A DNA stretch of 64,000 nucleotides from Candidatus Gottesmanbacteria bacterium (GTDB taxonomy: Bacteria; Patescibacteriota; Microgenomatia; UBA10105; UBA927). Below the pieces are notes generated by a model, which saw nothing but the letters and a program-made list of their open reading frames with translations, was not told the origin of the DNA and searched no databases. Both the position numbers and the translations under genes were made by a program. The stretch covers positions 1,098,053 through 1,162,052 of the forward strand of contig JAHFKK010000001.1 of assembly GCA_023245335.1 (NCBI GenBank). Reading direction: 5' to 3'. Shown one piece after another: positions 26,557 through 37,300 of this stretch (its first letter is position 1; every line of letters starts with the position of its first letter).

Positions 26557-28220
26557 ACAAAATTATTATCAGTGACCTAGCACCCTGGGTCGTCACCGCG
26601 GCGCTATGTATTGTCATGGGGTATCTCGTCACCTGCATACCGGCCTGTATACGCTCATGGACGAGACCTGGACGTCGCACGGCGCTATTCTTCTTATTGG
26701 TCTCAGTTTCCATAGCGGCGTTTGTACGATTTGCCTGGGTCCCGAATACGCGCCGGATTTATTTTGATGAAGACCGGTATCTCATGTATGCAGTATCATT
26801 TGCCAGAACGGGACAGGAGCTGGGAATACGGCTGGCAACACCGACCAAGGTCTTGCTCGGAGATCCGGACCCGGGAGCGCGCGTCACGGTGCCCACTCTC
26901 CATGCATGGATTATGCGTTTGTTCGGATATAATGACACGCCACTTTTTACCGCCGCCAAAGTAGCCAGCACCATACAGATCCTTCTTCTGTTTGCATTGT
27001 CGTTTCTCTTGTTTGGATCGCCCGTAGGGGCTATAGTCGCCGCCTGCATCTACGCGCTGCTACCGATCACTGCTTATTGGTCTGTAACGACCAATCTCGA
27101 CTCTTACTTCGTGTTTTTCGGCATGCTCGCGGCAATTGCAGCCCTCTGGTATGTGAAACGTCCATCGCTCGCCCGCAGCATATTCCTATGTGCCACGATA
27201 ACGCTATTATTATTTGTACGTATCGAGGGATTGGCATTCATACCGATCCTCGTCATAGCGATCGTCCTGCGCAGAAGGGAAATCCGAGCGCCACTCCTTC
27301 AACGGTCAGATATTTTCGCTATCGCATTTACTGCACTTTTATTAGGAATGCGGCTTTTTATTGCCCTTCCCTTATTTTCACAAACCTGGTGTTGCGCTGA
27401 AGCCACCCCTCTCGAGATATTCCAGATCGGATATGTTGCCCGGAATATCATTCCGAACATCCAAACCTTCGTGATGCAACCGGAATTTCCGGCTATACTC
27501 TCACTTCTTGCGTTCGTCACGCTGTTTCTGCCGTACGAGTGGACCAAAAAACGGCTGCCCTCGCTATCTGGATCGGCCCGCTGGATGCTTGTTTTGTGGA
27601 TTCTTTTTTACTTTGTCATCTACTCCTGTTATTACGCAGGACAATTTTATTCGTTTACGTTTTCGGGCTCCTATGGACGGTTTTTCCTCGTGCTCGTGCC
27701 TCCCATCGTACTTCTTGCCGCCTTCGGCCTGACACGCATAGGGAACGTATTTGTTACGGCAAACAATAAATCCAAAATACGGATGCTCGGTGTGGCGCTT
27801 ATCGTCGGTTTGACGCTCTATCCGACCATAATAAATTATCAAACTATGATCCGAATATCCCCGTGGGACGCGCTTGTTGATATGGGGCCGCGTATTTCCC
27901 GTACGCAGCTTACGCAAAATATCCTGCCGAACATTCCAAGATCCGCTATCCTCATCCATCCGTTAACCGCAGCGCCACTCATGGACGGACGGACCATTGT
28001 TGCCTACGAGGCTTTCCTGTCATCGCCACAGGCGCAATCCTATGTGAAACAAAAACTTAAAGAAGGTGTCCAGGTATATATCCTGCATACGAATACGTGC
28101 GATTCAACCCCGTACAAATGCGCGGGCCTTCGTGGGACGTTCACTTTCGTCCCTACTCCTCTTGGACAAGATACGACACAAACCATTGTCGGAATTGACC
28201 AAGTCAAGCTTGTCCATTAG
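26553..28220 (+). CDS. GT-C fold membrane glycosyltransferase, PMT/ArnT (GT39/GT83)-like
   Basis: 555 aa. Polytopic; YFDEDRYLMYAVSF after TM1 resembles the conserved loop-1 FDE motif of protein O-mannosyltransferases/ArnT. Start overlaps the upstream gene by 4 nt. Confidence 0.5.
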   Translation: MNKIIISDLAPWVVTAALCIVMGYLVTCIPACIRSWTRPGRRTALFFLLVSVSIAAFVRFAWVPNTRRIYFDEDRYLMYAVSFARTGQELGIRLATPTKVLLGDPDPGARVTVPTLHAWIMRLFGYNDTPLFTAAKVASTIQILLLFALSFLLFGSPVGAIVAACIYALLPITAYWSVTTNLDSYFVFFGMLAAIAALWYVKRPSLARSIFLCATITLLLFVRIEGLAFIPILVIAIVLRRREIRAPLLQRSDIFAIAFTALLLGMRLFIALPLFSQTWCCAEATPLEIFQIGYVARNIIPNIQTFVMQPEFPAILSLLAFVTLFLPYEWTKKRLPSLSGSARWMLVLWILFYFVIYSCYYAGQFYSFTFSGSYGRFFLVLVPPIVLLAAFGLTRIGNVFVTANNKSKIRMLGVALIVGLTLYPTIINYQTMIRISPWDALVDMGPRISRTQLTQNILPNIPRSAILIHPLTAAPLMDGRTIVAYEAFLSSPQAQSYVKQKLKEGVQVYILHTNTCDSTPYKCAGLRGTFTFVPTPLGQDTTQTIVGIDQVKLVH

Positions 28221-28226
28221 ACCCAT

Positions 28227-29987
28227 ATGTCATTTGCTCAATATCTCTTCAAACGTATCAATCAAAAATCCGTAGGGATGCTGATCGTCCTTTTGGTCGT
28301 CACGCTTTCGTATGTAAATACGTTTTCCAACGCATTCGTCTGGGATGACTTTGATACCATAGTCAACTGGCAGGCCACCCGGACGTGGGCAAGTATCCCT
28401 ACGATGCTTGCCGGCGCCACGCCACCGGGGCATCCCGGTAATTACCGGCCCGTACGCAATGTACTCTATGTCGTCTCCTATATGCTCTGGGGACAAAATC
28501 CCTGGGGCTATCATCTGCAGGCAATCATACTCGCCGTGCTTATGGCGCTTCTGGTGTATGTCATAACCGAAAAACTGGTTAAACGACCCTTTGCACCGCT
28601 TATCACGGCGCTTCTTTTCGGCGTGCATCCCATGCACGTCGAGGCATTCACCTGGATCACATCCAGTATGGACATGTTCGGCATCGTATTTGGCTTCGGC
28701 GCAGTCGCTGCATTCCTGTCCTGGCGCGACCGGCCAAGCCACTGGGGATGGTATGTCCTGACCTGGGTCCTGACGCTGTTGGCGGCTTTTTCTAACGAAA
28801 TCGCCCTTACCGTGCCCATGCTACTTACGGCCATTATTTTACTCATTCCCCGATACCGCGTCCGCCGGCCTGTTGTCACGATGACGCCTCTCTACATACC
28901 GCTTATCGTCAATGTATTTGTACGGGCAGCCCTTCTTCATATCGGTGCCCGCTACATCTATATAGGCAACAGCTTCTGGAAAACCATGCTCATCATGGGG
29001 AAAGCGCTGGTGCTATATCTGCGGCTTCTGGTATTTCCTGTGGGGCTCACTATCGACCATAGTCTGGGCGGCGGACTGACTTCGTGGGCCGTAGAACTCA
29101 CGAATCCGGGCTCCCGAGGCGAACACGCCGTCACGCTGCTTTCCGTATCGGACCCCATGGTTCTTCTCGCCTTAGCGACCTTACTCACCATCATCATCAT
29201 GTTTTTCGTATACCGGAAACGCAACCCCATTATATCGCTCGGTATCGCCTGGTTTGGGATCGGCATGCTTCCGGTATCGAACCTCATACCGACGGAAGCC
29301 ATGATGACCGAACGGTATGCATTGTTCGCTTCGTTTGGATTTTGTCTCATCGTGGGATACGTTTTGACCAAAACGGCAATTCTTACCAAAATACAGATGC
29401 GCTCGTCGCAATTACTGTGGGTGACGTTCATCCTGATCATCGGAAGCTTCAGCATACTCACCATCATGCGTAATGAGGACTGGGCGAACAATAAGACGCT
29501 TTTTGCATCCGCCGTTGCCCGTAATCCGGACGCCTACGTCTCGCGTCTCCAATTGGCAACCGTATATATAGGAGAAGGAAATATGCAGGCTGCATTGGAT
29601 CAATATCTCATTGTGAGTAAAATTATTCCTCAAGAACCGCAAGTAGATATATATATCGCTACGATGTACTCCGTAATGCAGAAATATCCGGAATCAGTCA
29701 TTTATTTCAACCGTGCACTCAAAAAGGATCCCTGGGACATCGAATCTTACTACCGATTGGGTAATATGATGAAGACACTGAAACGATACGACGAGGCGAT
29801 CGACGTCTACACCACGGGAATCAAATTAGCACCCAATCATATTGCCATGATCAATAACCTCGGAGTCGTCTACAGCATAGAGGGCAAATATGCACAAGCC
29901 CACGAGCTCTTTGAACGCGCCCTCACCATAAATCCGTCCTACGAAAGCGCCCGAGAGAATCTTCTGCATCTTAAAGAACGCAACTAG
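28227..29987 (+). CDS. TMTC-like GT-C membrane glycosyltransferase with C-terminal TPR repeats
   Basis: 586 aa. Loop-1 FVWDDFDTIVNW (DD motif), about 11 TM, then clear TPR repeats (AYVSRLQLATVYIGEGNMQAALDQY ... YRLGNMMKTLKRYDEAIDVYTTGIKLAPNHIAMINNLGVVY). Confidence 0.55.
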   Translation: MSFAQYLFKRINQKSVGMLIVLLVVTLSYVNTFSNAFVWDDFDTIVNWQATRTWASIPTMLAGATPPGHPGNYRPVRNVLYVVSYMLWGQNPWGYHLQAIILAVLMALLVYVITEKLVKRPFAPLITALLFGVHPMHVEAFTWITSSMDMFGIVFGFGAVAAFLSWRDRPSHWGWYVLTWVLTLLAAFSNEIALTVPMLLTAIILLIPRYRVRRPVVTMTPLYIPLIVNVFVRAALLHIGARYIYIGNSFWKTMLIMGKALVLYLRLLVFPVGLTIDHSLGGGLTSWAVELTNPGSRGEHAVTLLSVSDPMVLLALATLLTIIIMFFVYRKRNPIISLGIAWFGIGMLPVSNLIPTEAMMTERYALFASFGFCLIVGYVLTKTAILTKIQMRSSQLLWVTFILIIGSFSILTIMRNEDWANNKTLFASAVARNPDAYVSRLQLATVYIGEGNMQAALDQYLIVSKIIPQEPQVDIYIATMYSVMQKYPESVIYFNRALKKDPWDIESYYRLGNMMKTLKRYDEAIDVYTTGIKLAPNHIAMINNLGVVYSIEGKYAQAHELFERALTINPSYESARENLLHLKERN

Positions 29988-30039
29988 CGCGTAAAGTGTC
30001 TTGTATTCTGTCTCCTCATGCTGCATAATTTCACCCATC

Positions 30040-31332
30040 ATGAAATTCCCCGCTCACCCTATCACGCGTTGCAGAATATGCCACCATACGGGACTCCGGG
30101 AGATCCTCAGCCTGGGTAATCAGACGGTGTCAACATTTGTCGCTCCCGGCGAAACAGCTCCCGTTGCGCCGCTTACTCTCCTTCTGTGCGACCCCTCAAC
30201 CAGCGGCTGTGGACTCGTACAGCTCAAACACACCTCCCCGGCAAACTCGCTCTACCGGCACTACTGGTACAAATCCGGGGTAAACGCATCAATGAAGTCT
30301 GCTCTCCGGGATGTCGCGCAGTCCGCAGTCAAACGGCATCCGCTCCAAACCGGCGAAATTGTTCTGGATATCGGCGCGAACGACGGAACATTGCTCCGGG
30401 AATTCCGACGGAGAGACCTACGGAAAATAGCAGTGGAGCCAGCAATAAATCTTACGGGTGAACTTTCGCGTCACGCCGACACCGTCATCAACGATTTTTA
30501 TACCCACCGGGCATTTATCAAAGCTTCCAAAGGAAAAAAAGCCGCGATCATTACGACTGTAGCTATGTTTTATGACCTGGAAGACCCGAATTCTTTCGTT
30601 TCTGACCTACGTAAATCTATCGCTCGAAACGGACTTTGGGTTAATCAGATGGCTTCGCTATATGACATGGTCAAATACACAATGTTTGATAATGTATGTC
30701 ACGAACACATTGAATATTATTCGCTTGCGGCTCTAGAAAGACTACTTGCACGACACAAATTCATGGTCGTCGATCTAGAAATAAATGATGTCAACGGCGG
30801 CAGCATGCGCGTCTACGCAACGCCGGCGGCGTACGCGCACACCTATGTCACCCCCCAATCGACAATCCGTTTACGTCACTATAGAGCTTTGGAAAAAACA
30901 ATGCGCCTGGAAGACCCGCAAACCTATAGACAGTTCTCCCGCCGCGTGACCCGGTACAAACACCTCCTTCATACATTCATCGCGAAAGCCAAAACAAAAG
31001 GAAAAACCGTATGGGGGTATGGCGCATCTACGAAAGGAAACACGCTCCTGCAGTATTTTCAATTCAATGACCGCATACTCGCCGCTATTGCGGAACGCAA
31101 TCCTCTTAAATGGGGACGTGTTACCGCCGGCACCCGCATCCCCATCGTTTCGGAATCAGCCATGCGCAAAGCCAAACCGACGTATCTTCTCATCCTACCC
31201 TGGCATTTCCGCCCGGAATTTATACGACGGGAACAAGCATATCTACGAGGCGGCGGTACGATGATCTTCCCGCTTCCCCGGCTGTCACTCGTCACTATGA
31301 AACACGGGAAACTTCATACGACGTATCTCTAA
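30040..31332 (+). CDS. SAM-dependent sugar C-methyltransferase family protein (Zn-ribbon + MTase + C-methyltransferase C-terminal domain)
   Basis: N-terminal Cys4 (CRIC...CDPSTSGC), SAM motif I (VLDIGANDGTLL) and a C-terminal YGASTKGNTLLQYF block typical of NDP-hexose C-methyltransferases (TylC3-like). ATG 30040 preferred over track TTG 30001. Confidence 0.65.
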   Translation: MKFPAHPITRCRICHHTGLREILSLGNQTVSTFVAPGETAPVAPLTLLLCDPSTSGCGLVQLKHTSPANSLYRHYWYKSGVNASMKSALRDVAQSAVKRHPLQTGEIVLDIGANDGTLLREFRRRDLRKIAVEPAINLTGELSRHADTVINDFYTHRAFIKASKGKKAAIITTVAMFYDLEDPNSFVSDLRKSIARNGLWVNQMASLYDMVKYTMFDNVCHEHIEYYSLAALERLLARHKFMVVDLEINDVNGGSMRVYATPAAYAHTYVTPQSTIRLRHYRALEKTMRLEDPQTYRQFSRRVTRYKHLLHTFIAKAKTKGKTVWGYGASTKGNTLLQYFQFNDRILAAIAERNPLKWGRVTAGTRIPIVSESAMRKAKPTYLLILPWHFRPEFIRREQAYLRGGGTMIFPLPRLSLVTMKHGKLHTTYL

Positions 31333-31344
31333 GAATCCCGTCCG

Positions 31345-34300
31345 TTATGGCGTCGGACTCGGGGCTGAAGTCGGCGCCGGGCTTGGTGATATGGTCGGCG
31401 CAGGAGAAAGTGTCGGTGTATCTGTTGGCGCAGGAGTTATCGTATCAGTGATGACGGGAGTGGGCGTCACGGTGGGTTGTATCGAACCCGTCGGTACCGG
31501 TGACACTTGCACGCTACCGCCTAGAGGAATACTTGTCGGAGCTGGGACAGACGGGTTGACGGTCGGAGACGGGGTCGGCGCAACCGTCGACGAACCCGCA
31601 ACCGTGCCCGTCGCCTCCTCCTGACCGGAAGTGAATGTCTTCGCGCTGTCAACGGCAATAGCCGTCCAGGAGAACGTGAGGTCTACCGGTGTATCTTTAT
31701 CCAAAAGAATCATGAATCCCTGGGTCGATTGCCCCGTAACCGCCACGTGGACGTTACTCGTAAATACCGTGTTGACGACCGTCTGATGACATTCATCCAG
31801 CGTCGCATCGGGCGCACAAATACCGTCAGTCATATATTGATGATATTTGTCCGTGGAAAGCGCCGGTATGACGATGGTTGCGTTCACAATCGGCGTCTGG
31901 TCATACGCGGACTGGAACGTAATATCCACAAAGCGCTTTCCCTTTTCGATGACCGCATATCCTGCAGCATCCTGGTTGAATTTCACATTTCCGCGGAAGC
32001 TTACTTTGCCGGAATAAATGACGTCTTTCAAATATTCCACCACATCATGGAACCGTACATGCGCCAGAAATTCTACCTGACCTTTAAAGAGTGCTTGTCC
32101 CAGGGAGACCAGCATCTTATCGACGGTGATCCCCTGTCCGAAGTCAGCCAGTTTATCCAGAATTGATTGCTGTACTTGGGCCGTTTCCGTTGCCTGTCCC
32201 GCGAGAAGTCCTGAGTCTGTCGCGATGGTGAGTTCGCTCAACGCATCCGCGGTATGAGCGATCGTGACTTCGCGCGGTTGTTCCAAAAGTGCCGTATCCT
32301 GTTGGTCCCCGAGATAATAGCCGATATTCACGTTCACGAGGAGTTTCGTTTCATCCGCGGGGGCTGCCGGATCATATGCTTCGGCTGCAGTTCCCAATAT
32401 TTTCCCCGGCTTCGTCGCCTTCATCGCAACCCCGGCAACACCGGAAGATGTGATGGGATCACCGATTTTGATCGCTCCGCCGGTACCGTTTACGCGCGTC
32501 TCTACCCGTCCGCTCAATGCGACGGGCCAGGTCATCGAACTCGATGCGCCGATCGTGAGTCCGGGATCAGCAGAGGCGACGCCCAGGAGCTTACGGTCAT
32601 ACGGGATCGCTGACAGCGTCGCTTCGCCGGTCGTATCGGAAATTGCAAGCACTTGCCCGTCGGGTATATCCGCATCTGTGTTTACATAATAATGTTCTGC
32701 GACATCAGCACCCGCGATGGGATCGGGCCGAAGTGATGCAGCCGGCGTCTCTTGGGAACCTCCCTGCTGTACGAGCGGTGAAGCGCCGTTCTGAATCGGA
32801 TCATCCTGAACGAACGCAAACAAATCTACGTTTGCCGTCCACGGGAAACCGTTTGAAACGGCACCGCCCGCGGCACCTACCTGCGCTTGCCCGACGTTTA
32901 TGGCCGGCCCTAAGTTAAATGTAGGAATGGCATTGGCGTTGGTGGCATTACCACAATAGGTCATGCTGATGCCGTCGGACATATTGTTGTCGACAAAAAA
33001 CCGGATATCATTGGTTGCCCTCGCTTCTATCCTTAGAAGGGCAAACGCGTTAGTTTTGATATTTTGGCCGGCACATTGGACCACCTGGTTATTGGATGCC
33101 GTGCCCATACGGACGTTTCCTGCCCATTGCTGACCCAATCCCGTCGCATTGGCGGAATCACCGTTAAAGAACATAATGGCGCCGGAATTTGGCTGCGTCC
33201 AGGGAATCGTATACTGCCATCCCTGGGAATAATTGTTCGCACCGAAGTACATATTTTTGATGGAGGACATTGCGGTAAATCCGGGTGACGGCATGACTTT
33301 CCAGTACATCACCCATTTATTCGCGATATTGAGTATGGCCGCCGTTGCTGCCCCGGTACCACTACCCATATGTAACCGACACTCGCCGCCTTTGTAACCT
33401 GTATCGGTGAGACTCGTACCATTAGAGCTTGTTTGGGTATCCGGTGAAAGTTCCAAAAGCCCCATACTGCCATTCGTTAAAGCTGATCTTGCCTCGTTTC
33501 CAGTGCAGCCGATAGAACCGGAACTCAAACTTCCGAGTGTGAGCGTCCCGCCTTCATCAAATACCCAGCCATACTGATCACCGAACCTGCCGGTAGCGGT
33601 CTGATCTGCTGTTGCTTGCGCTACGTTTCTATTGAAATTGTCCATATAGAAACTTCCGTCGATGTTGATAAATCCGCCTGATTCCGTCACCCCGTATCCT
33701 TCTCCGGTGAAGTATTCTTTGAGTGACGCGAGTGTCGTGCCTGACGCACTTTGATAACTGAGTGCGCTGCCGTCGGCGAGTTGTATGACGGGTGCGGTAT
33801 TCGTGAATTGGATATCTCTGTCGTAACCTGTGCCAATTTTCAGCGCGACCTCTGTCGCGTTTGCCTGCCCGGTAACATTTCCTATGGATATTGCTTCCAG
33901 TGTTCGGCCCGCAGTATTGTCATTTGAAGTGAGGTTTACACGAAGTCCTGCGTTATCAACGGTAGAACTGCCGCCGTTTGCAAAATCTATCTGTAAACCG
34001 TCTACGCCTGCTGTCGCTGCACCCTGACTGGTACCGGTATTGAGGATATTCATCATATCCACAGTGGGTGCAGTAGAGGTTGCCATCGTAACCTGGAATT
34101 GTGTCCCGGTCGTATCCTGAAAAATGATACTGCCATTGGTTCCTGTCATAAGCACGGTTTGATCACCCGCAGATCCCGTCGTGTAGGCTTGTTGCAACGT
34201 CCCGCCCCCACCGCCGCCTGTTCCCGTAGCCCCGGTGGGACCGATAGGACCGGTAGTTCCCTGAAGTCCCGTCGGGCCGGTTGTACCTGTCGGGCCGGTC

Positions 34301-37300
34301 ACTGCCGCCCCGACGTCTCCCGTGCTTCCTGTTGCGCCGGTCGGGCCGTTGGTCTGACCAGTCGGACCAGTCGGACCAGTCGGACCGTTATTACCGGTTG
34401 TACCGGTTACTCCTGTCGGACCGTTTGCTCCGGCACCGCCATTACCTCCGGTTGCACCGGTTGAACCAGTGGGACCGGCATTACCAGTAACGCCTGTTGA
34501 ACCTGTAGGACCGGCATTACCGGTTGCGCCCGTACTTCCCGTTGGCCCGGAAGAACCTTGTGTTCCGGTAGATCCTGTGGAACCGGTTGGTCCGGATGAA
34601 CCTGCAGTCCCGTTAGCTCCGGTAGAACCCGTCGGCCCCGTAGGACCATTATTTCCTGTTGCTCCGGTCGAGCCAGTTGGTCCAGCATTTCCAGTAGTAC
34701 CGGTTGAGCCAGTGGGACCTGAAGTTCCTTGAGTTCCGGTCGCACCGGTTGAGCCGGTAGGACCACTTGACCCTTGAGCTCCTGTTGCTCCGGTAGAACC
34801 CGTCGGCCCCGTAGGACCATTATTTCCTGTTGCTCCGGTCGAGCCCGTTGATCCCGTTGGTCCGTTATTTCCGGTAGACCCGGTGGAACCAGTGGGACCG
34901 TTTGCGCCGTTTGCCCCAGCTCCGCCAGCGGTACCCGTAGCACCTGTTGAGCCGGTTGGACCGCTCGAACCCTGTGTACCTGTAGCCCCGGTCGACCCGG
35001 TGGAACCAGTGGGACCGTTGTTCCCGGTTACACCAGTTGAACCAGTGGGACCGGCATTGCCAGTTGTTCCTGTTGTCCCTGTCGGACCACCTGCGCCTTG
35101 TGTGCCTGTTGCACCCGTCGAGCCGGTGGGGCCGGAAGATCCTTGTGTCCCGGTCGCACCTGTTGAGCCGGTACTACCGCTCGGACCGTTGTTTCCCGTT
35201 GTTCCAGTTGAACCAGTCGGCCCATTATTTCCAGTAGATCCTGTTGAACCAGTTGGGCCGGAACCGCCACCCGCTCCGGTTGCACCGGTACTGCCTGTCG
35301 GTCCTGACGAACCTTGTATTCCCGTCGCACCAGTAGAACCAGTGCTTCCCGTGGGGCCGTTATTTCCTGTTATACCTGTGGATCCGGTCGGACCCGCGTT
35401 TCCTGTGGCTCCTGAGGAACCGGTCGGGCCGGAAGATCCTTGCGTCCCGGTTGCACCGGTAGAACCTGTGGGACCGGAAGATCCCTGTACACCAGTTGCT
35501 CCGGTAGAGCCTGTTGAACCCGTAGGACCATTGTTTCCTGTGGCACCCGTACTCCCGGTGGGGCCGGCGTTACCAGTGGAACCGGTGCTTCCCGTTGGGC
35601 CGGAAGATCCTTGTGTCCCGGTCGCACCCGTACTCCCGGTCGGACCAACATTTCCAGTTATTCCCGTACTTCCTGTCGGACCAACATTTCCTGTTGACCC
35701 AGTTGATCCAGTCGGTCCGGAACCACCAGCTGCTCCGGTAACACCAGTTGAGCCAGTAGGACCGGAAAATCCTTGCGTACCTGTAGCCCCGGTCGATCCG
35801 GTAGATCCTGTGGGACCGGCATTACCCGTGGATCCTGTTGAACCAGTCGGACCGGCATTACCCGTGGATCCTGTTGAACCAGTCGGACCGTTTGATCCTT
35901 GTGTTCCGGTTGAACCAGTACTACCAGTGGGCCCGGATGAGCCTTGAGTACCTGTTGCACCTGTCGATCCCGTATTACCCGTCGGACCAGCATTTCCTGT
36001 TGCACCCGTTGAACCGGTGGGGCCGTTATTTCCTGTTGACCCCGTACTCCCGGTCGGACCTGAGCTTCCGCCTGCACCTGTCGCACCTGTTGATCCGGTA
36101 GGCCCGGATGAGCCTTGAGTACCTGTTGCTCCGGTTGATCCTGTGCTACCAGTTGGTCCATTGTTTCCCGTTGTACCAGTTGACCCCGTGGGTCCATTGT
36201 TTCCCGTTGCTCCCGTACTTCCGGTTGGACCGGAACTTCCTCCCGTGCCGGTAGATCCTGTTGATCCCGTTGGGCCAGACGAACCTTGAGTTCCTGTTGC
36301 TCCTGTGGAACCGGTGGGGCCACCGTTACCTGTTGTTCCTGTTGATCCAGTCGGACCGTTGGATCCTTGTGTTCCCGTTGAACCGGTTGAGCCAGTCGGA
36401 CCACTTGACCCTTGGGCGCCCGTCGCACCGGTTGAGCCTGTGCTACCAGTTGGCCCGGCGTTTCCTGTGGCCCCTGTTGAACCCGTTGGGCCGGTCGGAC
36501 CATTGTTTCCTGTTGTTCCCGTAGAACCAGTCGGACCTGCATTTCCGGTCGTACCAGTTGATCCGGTGGGACCGCTTGAACCTTGAACTCCTGTCGTTCC
36601 AGTTGAACCCGTTGATCCAGTGGGCCCGTTATTTCCAGTTGAACCCGTACTTCCTGTAGGACCGGCATTACCGGTAGTACCTGTTGAACCCGTGGGACCA
36701 GATCCGCCACCAGCACCTGTCGCACCAGTTGATCCTGTAGGACCGGAAGAACCTTGGGTACCAGTTGCGCCCGTTGATCCCGTAGAACCTGTCGGGCCAT
36801 TTATTCCAGTAGTTCCAGTGGAACCGGTCGGTCCGTTATTGCCTGTTGTTCCTGTTGATCCAGTCGGACCGTTGGATCCTTGTGTTCCCGTTGACCCGGT
36901 ACTACCAGTCGGACCACTTGACCCTTGGGCGCCCGTCGCACCGGTTGAGCCGGTAGAACCTGTCGGGCCTACATTTCCAGTCGCTCCGGTTGACCCCGTG
37001 GGCCCATTATTTCCCGTTGCACCAGTTGATCCGGTGGGACCGGATGAACCTTGTGTTCCGGTAGCTCCTGTGGAACCGGTGGGACCCGATGAACCTTGTG
37101 TTCCTGTTGATCCTGTAGAACCGGTTGTACCGGTGGGACCATTGTTTCCTGTTGGTCCAGTTGAGCCAGTAGGACCGGCATTACCGGTAGAACCTGTGGA
37201 ACCCGTGGGGCCAGATCCGCCACCAGCACCTGTCGCACCCGTTGATCCCGTTGGGCCGGAAGATCCCTGTGTCCCTGTTGCACCCGTTGATCCCGTAGAA

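Noticed and set aside
34883-35947. Long + strand ORFs inside the collagen-repeat region (PVEPVGP... proteins; also 36620..37396, 37475..38584, 39254..39913 and minus-strand alternate-frame ORFs such as 35658..36800, 38511..39161)
   Set aside because: They are antisense or out-of-frame read-throughs created by the GGN-CCN-ACN periodicity of the genuine 31345..40905 gene. Low-complexity PV/EP or Q/R-rich translations and full containment in the giant ORF.
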